This document shows, in pieces, positions 1 to 11,488 of a DNA stretch of 64,000 bases. Each line of letters starts with the position of its first letter. Positions within the stretch are counted from its first letter, which is position 1. The notes under the pieces were generated by a model. That model was not told the origin of the DNA. It ran no database searches and saw nothing but the letters and a program-made list of their open reading frames with translations. Position numbers and translations under genes: made by a program. The stretch comes from Polyangiaceae bacterium (lineage in GTDB: Bacteria; Myxococcota_A; Polyangia; Polyangiales; Polyangiaceae): contig JBILLK010000003.1 of the NCBI GenBank assembly GCA_044376115.1, forward strand, positions 320,001-384,000, written 5' to 3'.

Positions 1-507
1 GTACTTTCACAGATCGACGTGATCACCTCCACGCTGGGCAAAGCCCTTGGCGGTGCGAGCGGCGGCTTCACCACCGGCCGCAAGGAGATCATCGCGCTCC
101 TGCGACAACGCTCACGGCCCTACCTCTTCTCCAACACCGTCGCTCCTGCCATCGCCGGTGCAAGTCTCGCGGCCTTCGAGCTGATCACCAAGGAGTCGGC
201 GCTGCGCGAGAAGGTCATGGCCAACGCCAAGCAATTCCGTGAAGGGATGACCGCGCTCGGCTTCACGATCAAGCCGGGCATCCATCCGATCGCGCCGATC
301 ATGCTGGGCGACGCGAAGCTCGCGCAGGAGATGGCTCGCAAGATGTTCGCACGCGGTATCTACGTCATTGGCTTCTCGTACCCGGTGGTGCCGAAGGGCG
401 AGGCGCGAATCCGTGTGCAACTCTCGGCGGCTCATTCGAGCGAGCAAGTCGCCCGCGCGATGGAGACCTTCGCGTTGGTCGGTCGCGAGCTCGGCGTCAT
501 TTCCTGA
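1..507 (+). CDS. kbl: Glycine C-acetyltransferase (2-amino-3-ketobutyrate CoA ligase), 5'-truncated by window edge
   Basis: PLP-lysine motif TSTLGKALGGASGG, RQRSRPYLFSN, YPVVPKGEARIRVQLSA. Confidence 0.9.
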   Translation, partial: VLSQIDVITSTLGKALGGASGGFTTGRKEIIALLRQRSRPYLFSNTVAPAIAGASLAAFELITKESALREKVMANAKQFREGMTALGFTIKPGIHPIAPIMLGDAKLAQEMARKMFARGIYVIGFSYPVVPKGEARIRVQLSAAHSSEQVARAMETFALVGRELGVIS

Positions 508-545
508 GCCGGTTCCGAGTCATTGGCTGACGGCGCCGCCCGTGC

Positions 546-2075
546 TCAACGCGCTGGCGGCGTTGTTACTTTCGGCATCTCGCGCAAGCACTTCTCCAGC
601 GCCGGCTGGTGGAAGGCGTTCGATACCGGCAGCCGGGGCTTGCCCATCACATCGACCAAAAAGCGGTCGAACATATTGCTCGACGGTCCAAAGGTGGCGA
701 ACACGAACATGGCTCGACCTTTGATGTTATCGAAGGGCACGCCGGCACCGTTGCCACGGTTCCACGAGCGCGAGTCATGGCTGTTGTCGCGCGCATCGCC
801 GAGCACCCAGACCTCGCCGGGCTTCACTTGGTACTCTTTGCCGTCGCGACCGCAGAGCCCGTAATAGCAGTTGGTTTCACGGGGACAGTCGGCGTTGGTC
901 TCACAAACCTGGTCGGGCACCGGTGCACGCAAGAGCGCGAGATACGGGTGGTCGTTGAGGAACTCAACGTACAGCTGCTGGGTGTTTTTCCCCTCGCGGT
1001 CCCCCTCTTGTTTGAACGGGCCGACATGGCAATTGGGCACCGGCCAGCCGTTGATGATCGGCCTGCCGTCCACCACTGCTAGCGTGTCCCCAGGGATCGC
1101 GATCACCCGCTTGATGAAGTCTTGCTCGGGGTTCTCCGGGTACTTGAAGACCATCACGTCCCCGCGAGTGGGCGGCAGATCCTCGAACAAGCGCTTCTCG
1201 GAGAAGGGCAGCAGCGGGCCGTAAGCGAACTTGTTGACGAAGATGTGATCGCCGACGAGCAAGGTCGGAATCATCGACCCGCTGGGGATCTTGAAGGCCT
1301 CCACCACCAGACCGCGAAGGACGAGCGCCACCATGATGGCGATCGCGATCGACTCGGCGTACTCGCGGATTTCGCCCTTGCGCCAGCGCGCCAAGTGCTC
1401 GCCGACGAGCCGCGTCGCGTTGGCCTGCGCCTTCTCGAAGGCGGCCTGTCGAAAGGGCACCTCGACGATGCACTGCTCGAGGGTGCTGAGACCGGCCTCG
1501 AGCTCCTCGCGCTCGACGACCAGGAGCTCCTTCGCGATCTCCTTGCGTTTGGCTTTGAGGATGCGCCGGGCCTCCTCCAGCAAGACCACCGACTCTTCGA
1601 ACCGGGCCTGCGCTGCGACGGGCACGTCTCGGCGCCCGCCGATGCCGCAGAAATCGGCCAAGGGCAGCCGAAAGCGCATGCGATAAAGGACGATCGCGAT
1701 CAGCGTGAAGAACAGAATTCCCGCGGGGATCTTCTGTTCACCGACGAGCGTTCGCAGCACGCTGACCGGTGTGCCATCGCTCGGCGGCTCCAAGAGCGAA
1801 ACCAGCTGCACGCCGATCAAGCCGGGTAGCGCGATGATCCAAACGGCGTAGAAAGCGTAGCGAAGCAGCGGGGAGCGCGCCTTGACGACCGGCTTTACAG
1901 CGGGAGCGTTGGGTGACAGCTCCTCCCTTTCCGCCCTCCCGTCACCGTCTTCAGGTTTGCCGCGCCCTTTTGCGGCCTGCGCCGGAGCATCCTCTCGGCC
2001 GCGCGACGAGCGCGACGCAGACCGCGCCGTGGGGCGAGGAGCGTCGTCAGGGGCTTCGTCGTTCGGTGAACTCAA
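546..2075 (-). CDS. lepB: Signal peptidase I with long N-terminal extension
   Basis: EAFKIPSGSMIPTL (catalytic Ser), DFIKRVIAIPGD (catalytic Lys), VLGDARDNSHDSR box. Confidence 0.92.
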   Translation of the reverse strand: MSSPNDEAPDDAPRPTARSASRSSRGREDAPAQAAKGRGKPEDGDGRAEREELSPNAPAVKPVVKARSPLLRYAFYAVWIIALPGLIGVQLVSLLEPPSDGTPVSVLRTLVGEQKIPAGILFFTLIAIVLYRMRFRLPLADFCGIGGRRDVPVAAQARFEESVVLLEEARRILKAKRKEIAKELLVVEREELEAGLSTLEQCIVEVPFRQAAFEKAQANATRLVGEHLARWRKGEIREYAESIAIAIMVALVLRGLVVEAFKIPSGSMIPTLLVGDHIFVNKFAYGPLLPFSEKRLFEDLPPTRGDVMVFKYPENPEQDFIKRVIAIPGDTLAVVDGRPIINGWPVPNCHVGPFKQEGDREGKNTQQLYVEFLNDHPYLALLRAPVPDQVCETNADCPRETNCYYGLCGRDGKEYQVKPGEVWVLGDARDNSHDSRSWNRGNGAGVPFDNIKGRAMFVFATFGPSSNMFDRFLVDVMGKPRLPVSNAFHQPALEKCLREMPKVTTPPAR

Positions 2076-2143
2076 AGGATGCGGTCCGATGGGCTGAGCC
2101 GCCCCCGATTGATCTAGACGTGCCCTCCTTGAGGCGCAACCAG

Positions 2144-3055
2144 CTAGTTTCTTGGTCCCCCGCGCCGCTCCGTTGTGCAGGCCCCGCCACCACTGATTCG
2201 AGTCACGCGCGGCAGCAGCCGTTCATAAATGAGGTCGCTCATCGACTCGACTGGGACCTCGGTTTGCTCGGGATCCGTAGGCTCGGGTTGGGGTGGCGCA
2301 GGCACGAGCGCAAGCTCCTCGAGCGTGATCGCTCCGTCTTGGTCGAGGTCTGCGGCCGCAATTCCATCGAACAAGAACGGCGCTTCTTCCTCCGTCGTTG
2401 ATCGAAATAGCTCCTCTGCGCGGACCTCCACGGTCATTGTCTGTTCGACGTCGGCGCTGAGCGTCACCCGCGACACAAGGCCGGCTTCATTCGATGGCAG
2501 CGACTCACACTCGCTGACGCGGAACCCTGCGCGGAAGGACCAGTCGAAGCGCATGGTGAGGCCGTTCTTCTCAGCTTGCCCGATCACCCGCAGCGTGGTC
2601 GGGCGCTCATCAACGTAGTCGTCGCTGGCCTCGACGCGCATCTCCTCCAGATCTCGATCGCTGGTCCCGGTACCCAGTCGCGTGTCGGGGGATGGGCCGC
2701 GATGGCGCCACTCGACCTCGCACTGGCCGAGCCCGTAGACCAAGCCGACCTTCTCGGCTCGGTCCACCGCTCGGAAGTCGAACAGCCATTCGTAGTTCGT
2801 CTCCGAATAATCGGCGCAACCGTTCTCACTGCCTTCCGGATCATCGACCTCGACGCCGCCGAGCGCGGTGATGAAGCGGTCGAGCGCGATCGACCAGCCG
2901 TCATTCGTAGTGAAACCGTTGCGCGTTCCTTCGCTCGGTTCGGCCTTGAGCAGCAAGCTTCCAGGTTCGGGTCGACCGTCTGCAGGCAGACAGCTCGCGC
3001 ACGAGATCAGCCAGTATTGCAACAGAGCGAAGAGCCGAGCAGGTCTGCAACCCAT
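2144..3055 (-). CDS. Hypothetical lipoprotein with an EF-hand-like loop, translationally coupled to the TonB-dependent receptor
   Basis: N-terminal hydrophobic stretch ending in Cys; DLDQDGAITLEE loop; TGATG overlap with upstream gene at 3053-3057. Confidence 0.6.
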   Translation of the reverse strand: MGCRPARLFALLQYWLISCASCLPADGRPEPGSLLLKAEPSEGTRNGFTTNDGWSIALDRFITALGGVEVDDPEGSENGCADYSETNYEWLFDFRAVDRAEKVGLVYGLGQCEVEWRHRGPSPDTRLGTGTSDRDLEEMRVEASDDYVDERPTTLRVIGQAEKNGLTMRFDWSFRAGFRVSECESLPSNEAGLVSRVTLSADVEQTMTVEVRAEELFRSTTEEEAPFLFDGIAAADLDQDGAITLEELALVPAPPQPEPTDPEQTEVPVESMSDLIYERLLPRVTRISGGGACTTERRGGPRN

Positions 3056-5016
3056 CAAAAAAAAGCTCCTTCGAGGCCCAGACTCGGGATGGTCACCGGG
3101 CCGACCTCATTGCCTTGAAGCGTCTCGGTATTGAGCGTCGAATTTAGCATTTCGACGACGAACGAAAGCCAGCCGTGTTCACCCAAGAGCCACTTCTTTT
3201 CGACCCGGAAGTCGAGCCGATAAAAGGCTGGATCGCGGGTTGGCGCGAGGCGCAGGTTCTCGTCGGCTCCCGAGGCCAAGGTGTCGTAAACAGGTGCGCC
3301 CGAATAGAGCGAGAAGCGAGCTCCCACGCGAACGCGATGACCGAGATCGGCGCTGAGCGCCGAGTGCAAGACGTGCGGCCTGTCGAAGGCCGCGGGGAAG
3401 GTGTAGCCGTCCAAACTGCGCTCGGCGCGCGAGAAGGTGTAGGCGATGAAGCCGCCGATCCGACTCGAGAGCGAGCGCCGCAGATAGACCTCCACACCCT
3501 TCGCCGCGCCGCGACTGCGCGGGATGGTGGTGAGCGCATCCCCTCCCGGACGAACACCCAGCGTATCGCTCAGGTTGTCGGAGACCCCGTCGAAGAGCGT
3601 GACGGTGGCCGTGGTTGCGAGCGGAAGATCGAGCTCGACGCCGGCTGCTGCTTGCAGCGAAAGCTGCAAGCCATCACGCAGGCTGGCGACGGCCAAACCC
3701 GGGACGGGCACCAGGAAAGACGGTGGTTGGTGCGCAAGGCCGAGCGTGTGGAGCAGCCGAATGTCCTTGGTTAGATCGACCACGACGGCGAGCCTCGGGT
3801 CGACGGCCAGCGCGCTCGCGCCGCCCGAAAAGAAGCCGTCGACGCGCAGGCCCGGCGTCAGCTGCAGCCTCGGATCGAGCTGCCATACGAAGTCCAAGTA
3901 ACCGCCGAGCGCAGCGTCGTTGCGCGGTGGGAAGAGCGAATTGAACGCCTCCGTGTCGGGATCGTCCGGGTCCGAATAGAGCTGCTCATCGCCGCGATAG
4001 AGGTCTTGCTGCAGGTCGAAGCCCGCGCGCATGGTGAGGTTCTCGAGCCACGGTTGGGTGAGCTCCAAGCGACTGGCGATGAAGATGTCGCGCGTGTTGC
4101 GGCCGTCGGCGACGCGCGTTTGATCGAAGCCGCCGGTGACCGCCGCCCGCAGCTTGCCGCCTTGCGGCAGCTTGCGATCGTAGCGCCCGTCGACGCGATA
4201 AAACTCCGAGCCGAAGATCACCGTCTCGATCTCGGCCTCCGTCTGCGAGAGGAAATCGTAGGCGCCGAAGGCGAATAGCGAGAAGCGATCTTTGGGCGTC
4301 AGATCGTAGGAAAAGCGCGCCTGGTAGTCGCGGTAGTCGAGCGTGATCTCCGGTGAGATCGCCGAGAACAGCAGCGCGGTATACGAGAAGCGCCCGCCCA
4401 ATAACGCGCTGGCTTTCTCGTCCGCGAAGCCAACTTCGACGAGGCCCCCGGTGTCGACCAAGCGCAGGTTGGCCTCGCCATGCGCGTCGGTGCGCGGCTC
4501 GTTGGTCTCCGCGGTGACGATTGCTCCGGCGAAGCGACCGAACCTCGCGGGGTAGCCACCGGCATGCAGATCCACACGCTCGACGAGGCCGGGATGGATC
4601 ACTGAAGGGCCCGCGGCTGCGTGAAAAAGGTACGGCACGCGCACGCCGTCCAAGAAGTAGCCGACGTTGCCGGGAGGCGCGCCGCGCACATAAAAGAACG
4701 GCAACCCCGAGACGATCGGCGTTACGCCTGGCAAAATTTCGATCGCGCGGAACGGGTCTCCGAACGCACCTGGAAGTTGCCGGACCTCCTCGCGGGTGAG
4801 CGAACTGACCGAGGGCGGGTGCTTGACGCCTTCCACGGTGACCTCGATCGGTTCGGGTTCGGCCGGCTCTGCGGCTTGCTCGGCGGCCGCGACGTTGGCG
4901 GGCTCGGCTTGTTCTGGGGACGACGGCGGCGGGGTCGGAGTCTCTTGTGCAAAGGCCGTATGCGGCCCGAGGCCGAGCAACGTGAGCGAAGCCAACGCAC
5001 GCTGCAGGCGCGTCAA
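3055..5016 (-). CDS. TonB-dependent outer membrane receptor (myxobacterial type)
   Basis: Plug-like LPGAFGDPFRAIEILPGV...YVRG...YFLDGV...GGYPARFGR; beta-barrel pattern; C-terminal Phe; probable TTG start overlapping upstream stop. Confidence 0.8.
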   Translation of the reverse strand: MTRLQRALASLTLLGLGPHTAFAQETPTPPPSSPEQAEPANVAAAEQAAEPAEPEPIEVTVEGVKHPPSVSSLTREEVRQLPGAFGDPFRAIEILPGVTPIVSGLPFFYVRGAPPGNVGYFLDGVRVPYLFHAAAGPSVIHPGLVERVDLHAGGYPARFGRFAGAIVTAETNEPRTDAHGEANLRLVDTGGLVEVGFADEKASALLGGRFSYTALLFSAISPEITLDYRDYQARFSYDLTPKDRFSLFAFGAYDFLSQTEAEIETVIFGSEFYRVDGRYDRKLPQGGKLRAAVTGGFDQTRVADGRNTRDIFIASRLELTQPWLENLTMRAGFDLQQDLYRGDEQLYSDPDDPDTEAFNSLFPPRNDAALGGYLDFVWQLDPRLQLTPGLRVDGFFSGGASALAVDPRLAVVVDLTKDIRLLHTLGLAHQPPSFLVPVPGLAVASLRDGLQLSLQAAAGVELDLPLATTATVTLFDGVSDNLSDTLGVRPGGDALTTIPRSRGAAKGVEVYLRRSLSSRIGGFIAYTFSRAERSLDGYTFPAAFDRPHVLHSALSADLGHRVRVGARFSLYSGAPVYDTLASGADENLRLAPTRDPAFYRLDFRVEKKWLLGEHGWLSFVVEMLNSTLNTETLQGNEVGPVTIPSLGLEGAFF

Positions 5017-5687
5017 AAGGCAGCTCTCAACGTTAGTTGCCCGCCTGTCGCCTGCGCGTCTTGCGACTGCGGTTGGTCGAACACGAACAGCGACGCACCC
5101 AGCGCGAAAAGCCCCAGCCCAGCCCCGCCAGCCACGCCCGAACCGAGCCGGAAGTCCTCGCTCGCCGAGACCAACGACGCGTATTCGGTCTTCGTCGCTT
5201 CGTCGCTGAAATCCGCCGTTTGTGCGAGGTCCCGGCTCTCGCGATAGCGCACCACCGAGAGCACGCCGAGCACGATCGAGAGGGCGGTGCTCGCGGCCGC
5301 GGTGCCGATCAGGGCGTAGGCCGCTTTGCGCTGGCCGGTCTCTTCGAGCTCGGGCGCGACCACGGTGAGCTTGCCAGCCTCGAGTTCGAGTGCGCCGATC
5401 CACGCCTCGTAACCACGCGCGAGCACCTCCACCCGATGGTCGCCTAGCGGCATCAACATCAGCTCGGGTGGTGCATCTCCGCTTGGCGCTTCGCCGTTCA
5501 CCCGCACCGTCGCTTCGCTCGGCAACTCAAAGGTGAGACAGCCCGTCGCCGACCGCTCGAGTTTGGCGTCGATAATGGCCTTTTCGCAGGCAGCAGCGGT
5601 CAGCGGCTCTCTCCGTTCGCAGCCGCTCAGCGCTGGTAGCAGCGCCAGCGCAAGGCTTAGCCAACTCGGCGCGAACGAACGCTGCAT
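5013..5687 (-). CDS. PEGA domain-containing membrane/lipoprotein
   Basis: ATVRVNG...PLGDHRVEVLARGYEAW PEGA-like motif; lipobox LSGC; two C-terminal hydrophobic segments. Confidence 0.65.
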   Translation of the reverse strand: MQRSFAPSWLSLALALLPALSGCERREPLTAAACEKAIIDAKLERSATGCLTFELPSEATVRVNGEAPSGDAPPELMLMPLGDHRVEVLARGYEAWIGALELEAGKLTVVAPELEETGQRKAAYALIGTAAASTALSIVLGVLSVVRYRESRDLAQTADFSDEATKTEYASLVSASEDFRLGSGVAGGAGLGLFALGASLFVFDQPQSQDAQATGGQLTLRAAF

Positions 5688-5688
5688 T

Positions 5689-6132
5689 TCAGGGCTTACC
5701 GAGCTCCGGATAGAGCAGCGCGAAGGCGTCTTGAACGTCGTCGATCAGCTCGCCGCCGTCATCCATGCGATGCCACGAGCCGTTCGCCCCGCGGTCTGCG
5801 TAGTAGGTGTAGCGCCGGAACTTGGGCGAGGTCGGGTCGGCGCCGGGCAGGTTCAGGTACTCGAGCTCCAGCGCGCGGATCGGCAGCTTGTACTCGAGCG
5901 CGAGCGCCAGCACTTTGCCGCGTCGGCCGAGTCGCAGCCGATGCTTGCTCTCGCGCGTGATCGAAACCTCGGGCAGACCGTCAAGATCGCGCACGATCGC
6001 CGCCATCGTGCGGATCGCCGCGGGGCCAGCCTGATCCGGTTCTGGCGTCAGCCGTTCGACCGCCTTGCGCGCAAAGTCTGCCAGCTTGGTGGGCGGCAAC
6101 GCCGCTTCGGGCTCTTCATCGCTTGCACTCAT
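5689..6132 (-). CDS. Hypothetical protein
   Basis: ORF packed in a minus-strand operon; start set at MSASDEE. Confidence 0.55.
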   Translation of the reverse strand: MSASDEEPEAALPPTKLADFARKAVERLTPEPDQAGPAAIRTMAAIVRDLDGLPEVSITRESKHRLRLGRRGKVLALALEYKLPIRALELEYLNLPGADPTSPKFRRYTYYADRGANGSWHRMDDGGELIDDVQDAFALLYPELGKP

Positions 6133-6173
6133 CGCGCAAGCGTCCTTCACCCGCGTGCGTTGATCAAGCGGCG

Positions 6174-7277
6174 TCAGTCGCTGCCCCGTTCCACGGCCAG
6201 ATTGACCAGCGCTGCTCGGTCGTCCAAGGCGACTGACTGCGGGGCGGTGTTGCCAGCCGTTGCTGTGCGATCGAGCACGATGAAATAGCTTCCTTTGGGC
6301 AGCGGGAGCTTGCGACGGAAGGGTTGCGGCGTCGCTACCACGCCGCCCACGCTGGGTACGCCGAAGCCAACGTCGGTGATGGTGTCGTTTTGCAGCGGAG
6401 CGGCGGGCGGTGCGCCGGTGGCCGCGGTGGTGATGTATTGCTGGGCCCACAGTTCGCCCTGACCGCGCTGCACGACCATCACGTCGATATCGCGTGCGCC
6501 CTCGAGCACGGCGGTCACGTACAGCGCCATGCCGGAGTCGGGCAGTTCGAACGGGCCGACGTAATCACGCTGGTTGTCGTGGACCTCGATGCGCTCGTTG
6601 AGCACGAGCTCGCGATCGCTCGAGGACGGATCGAACGGCGCGAGCGGGCGCTCTCCGGGCGCGACATAGCCGAGCGAGAAGGTCACTTCGCCGTCCGACT
6701 CACGAATCACGGTGAAGCCCTGACCGAGCGCGTACGCCAGCATGCCCTCCCCGACCTGATTCACGAAGCCCTGCGCTGAGCCGCCGGGTAGGAAGCTGCC
6801 CATCGGCCCAGCGGGCAATGCCCCGCCCTCGACCATCAGCTGCTCGAACTTCTTGGCGGTTACAGCGGCCGGCCGGAAGTAGATGTACATGGTCGAGCCG
6901 TCGAGCTTGAAGTCCTGCTCGTATTGAACGGCGGCGCTGGCATTGAAGCCGACGCGCTTGGTCAAATTGGACCAGCCGTACCCGAGGCCACCCAACTGAA
7001 TGTAGAGATCGCCGTTGTTCTCCAGCGTCTCGATATTGCATTGGCGCGGAAAGAAGCGGCCGAGGCTCGGATCGTCCACGCCGAGCTTGAGCGGCACGCT
7101 GCGCTGCAGCAGCTCCTTGCACAGGCTGCCGGTGCCGAACGCGAGCAGCTCGCGACGTAACGTCCGGTTCGATGGGTCATTGAGGACCCCGGGCATGACG
7201 GCCAAAAAATTCTGCGTGGAGCAGCTTTGGAGACCGCAAAGAAGCGCGATTGAGCAGAGCACCGAACGAAGCTTCAT
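6174..7277 (-). CDS. Hypothetical lipoprotein
   Basis: 367-aa ORF with signal peptide and LQSC lipobox. Confidence 0.7.
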   Translation of the reverse strand: MKLRSVLCSIALLCGLQSCSTQNFLAVMPGVLNDPSNRTLRRELLAFGTGSLCKELLQRSVPLKLGVDDPSLGRFFPRQCNIETLENNGDLYIQLGGLGYGWSNLTKRVGFNASAAVQYEQDFKLDGSTMYIYFRPAAVTAKKFEQLMVEGGALPAGPMGSFLPGGSAQGFVNQVGEGMLAYALGQGFTVIRESDGEVTFSLGYVAPGERPLAPFDPSSSDRELVLNERIEVHDNQRDYVGPFELPDSGMALYVTAVLEGARDIDVMVVQRGQGELWAQQYITTAATGAPPAAPLQNDTITDVGFGVPSVGGVVATPQPFRRKLPLPKGSYFIVLDRTATAGNTAPQSVALDDRAALVNLAVERGSD

Positions 7278-7369
7278 CCGCCTCCAGTTTGAGCACGGAT
7301 CGGCGGGGAGAGCGAGACCGTGCTTCGGTGCACCATTCGTCCAATCGCGTGATAGCTTTTCGGGTCACT

Positions 7370-8368
7370 ATGCGAGTCAGCGTTTTGGGTGCAGGGGCGT
7401 GGGGAACGGCGTTGGCAAAGGCTCTCGCGGACAAGGGCTTCCCAACCAAGGTGTGGGCCTTGGGCGAGGACCTAGCGAGCAGCATCAATCAGGCCCGCGA
7501 AAACAAGCGTTACCTGCCCGGGTTCAAGTTGCCGGAGAACCTGACGGCGACTGCGGATCTCGCCGAATCGCTCGATGGAGCTGAGCTGACCGTGTTGGTC
7601 GTGCCCTCGCACGCGATGCGCGAGGTCACGCTCAAAGCGAAGGCGCTGATCCCGCAGAACTCGATCATTTGCAGCGCCTCCAAGGGCATCGAGAACGAGA
7701 CCTTGATGCTGATGAGCGACGTCCTGCGCGACACGCTCGGAGATGAGGCGGTTCCGCGTTTGACGTATCTCTCCGGGCCGAGCTTCGCCAAGGAAGTTGC
7801 TGCGGGGATGCCCACCGCGGTGGTCGTCGCCGGCAAAGACGCCGCGGTCACCAAGACCTGCCAACGCGCCTGGGCCACCGACAAACTGCGCGTTTACAGC
7901 TCCGACGACGTCGTGGGCGTGGAGATGGGCGGAGCGCTGAAGAACGTGATCGCGATCGCCGCTGGGGCCATCGACGGTCTCGGCTTTGGCTACAACTCGC
8001 GCGCCGGCATGATCACGCGTGGGCTTTTCGAGATCGGCCTGCTCGCGACCAAGCTCGGTGGGAACCCGCTGACGGTCGCGGGGCTCTCCGGCATGGGCGA
8101 CTTGGTGCTCACCTGCACCGGGGATTTGTCGCGTAATCGCACCGTCGGCATCGAGCTCGGCAAGGGCCGCAAGCTGCCTGAGATTTTGGCCGGCCTCGGG
8201 CACGTCGCCGAGGGAGTGAAAACCACCAAGAGCGCGTACGACCTCTCCGTGAGGGAGAAGGTCGAGATGCCGATCACGCACGAGGTTTTCCGGGTGCTTT
8301 ACGAACAGAAAGACCCGCGGCAGGCGGTGGTGGACATCATGACCCGCGAACTGCGGAGCGAGAGATGA
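7370..8368 (+). CDS. gpsA: NAD(P)H-dependent glycerol-3-phosphate dehydrogenase
   Basis: VLGAGAWGTALA, SKGIE, LSGPSFAKEV, GALKNVIAI, GDLVLTCT..SRN motifs. Confidence 0.95.
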   Translation: MRVSVLGAGAWGTALAKALADKGFPTKVWALGEDLASSINQARENKRYLPGFKLPENLTATADLAESLDGAELTVLVVPSHAMREVTLKAKALIPQNSIICSASKGIENETLMLMSDVLRDTLGDEAVPRLTYLSGPSFAKEVAAGMPTAVVVAGKDAAVTKTCQRAWATDKLRVYSSDDVVGVEMGGALKNVIAIAAGAIDGLGFGYNSRAGMITRGLFEIGLLATKLGGNPLTVAGLSGMGDLVLTCTGDLSRNRTVGIELGKGRKLPEILAGLGHVAEGVKTTKSAYDLSVREKVEMPITHEVFRVLYEQKDPRQAVVDIMTRELRSER

Positions 8369-9516
8369 AGCTGGGGCTTCGCGCGGTCGCTGGCCTGATC
8401 GGGGCCATTGCGCTTTGTGCTTCGTCCTCGGCGGAGGCCCAACAACAACCGCCTCCGGGGACCTGGAATCCGCCGCCGGTGGCCGGCCAATGCCCGCCTG
8501 GTCAATTCTGTTTGCCGGGCATTCCAGGCCTCGGTCAGCCTGCGCAACCGCCGTATCCGGGGCAGCCTCCTTACGGGCAGCCGTATCCAGGGCAGCCTCC
8601 CTACGGGCAACCACCGTACGGTCAACCGCCGTATGGCTACGGCCCACCCCCTCGGCCCAACGCCACCGGCTTGGAGCTCGGTTACTTGTACGGGACGTCG
8701 ATCGCCTGGGGCATCGGCACGGGCGTTTGGCTCGACGTGGAGGCTGGGATCGATAACCCCGGCCTCGCGATCATCATGCCCGCGCTGTTTGGCGCCGCTG
8801 CGCCGATCGGCGTTTTGATCGCCGACTATGCGATCGGTGATTTCCCGCGCGGCGTGCCGGCGTCCCTGGCGACAGGCATGTGGCTCGGCGCCGGTCTTGG
8901 TGCGGGCATCTGGGTCGTGCAATCGGCCGTTTCGAGCACGAGCGAGGAGTGGGGCTTTCCCGGCCTCGGGCGGGCGGCGTTCGTTGGGTCGGTGGTTGGT
9001 GGCGTCGGTGGTGGTGTGATCGGCGGCGTGCTCGAGCCCTCGCCGAAGACCAGCATGTTCGTGCTCTCGGCCTCGGGCTGGGGCGCGATGGTCGGTGCAG
9101 CCTTTGGTGGTGCAGCCTCGAGCGGCGGATGGAAAGAAGCGAATGACGCCGTCACCGTCGGCGGCCTCGTTGGCTACGGCGTGGGCATGCTCGGCTCGGG
9201 TGGTGCTTCGATTCCGTGGGTGCCTTCGTGGGGCCAACTCGGCGCGATGTGGGCCGGGTTTGGTATTGGCGCTGCGGCGACCACGCCTATCTACCTCGTG
9301 TATCTGGCCGTTCCCGACGCAGATCCGCGAACCGGGCTGATCGCGCAGGGCATCGGCGGTCTGCTCGGTATTGGCGCTGGTGCGCTGCTCGGGCCTCGCA
9401 ACAGGAGCTCCGACCCGTACGCCACCGGGGACGGGCCATTCGCACATTTGATGGGCGTTTCCCCGACGATTAGCGAGAACGGCCTCGGCCTGCAGGCCGT
9501 CGGAATTCTGCGCTGA
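8365..9516 (+). CDS. Hypothetical membrane protein with Pro-rich (PPYGQ/PYPGQ) N-terminal repeats and Gly-rich hydrophobic helices
   Basis: Signal peptide, pentapeptide repeats at ~8550-8645, many GxxxG segments; ATGA overlap with gpsA. Confidence 0.7.
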   Translation: MKLGLRAVAGLIGAIALCASSSAEAQQQPPPGTWNPPPVAGQCPPGQFCLPGIPGLGQPAQPPYPGQPPYGQPYPGQPPYGQPPYGQPPYGYGPPPRPNATGLELGYLYGTSIAWGIGTGVWLDVEAGIDNPGLAIIMPALFGAAAPIGVLIADYAIGDFPRGVPASLATGMWLGAGLGAGIWVVQSAVSSTSEEWGFPGLGRAAFVGSVVGGVGGGVIGGVLEPSPKTSMFVLSASGWGAMVGAAFGGAASSGGWKEANDAVTVGGLVGYGVGMLGSGGASIPWVPSWGQLGAMWAGFGIGAAATTPIYLVYLAVPDADPRTGLIAQGIGGLLGIGAGALLGPRNRSSDPYATGDGPFAHLMGVSPTISENGLGLQAVGILR

Positions 9517-9580
9517 GCTTTCACGAGGGCCGCCTTCTTGGGCGGTAACCAGCGGCCCTTCTTGCTATGCTGCGCCGCCA

Positions 9581-11482
<1,902 letters not shown>

Positions 11483-11488
11483 GTTGAC

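Noticed and set aside
5017..5403. N-terminal extension of the TonB-dependent receptor in the ORF track
   Set aside because: It overlaps the PEGA gene; a signal peptide starts at the TTG at 5016.
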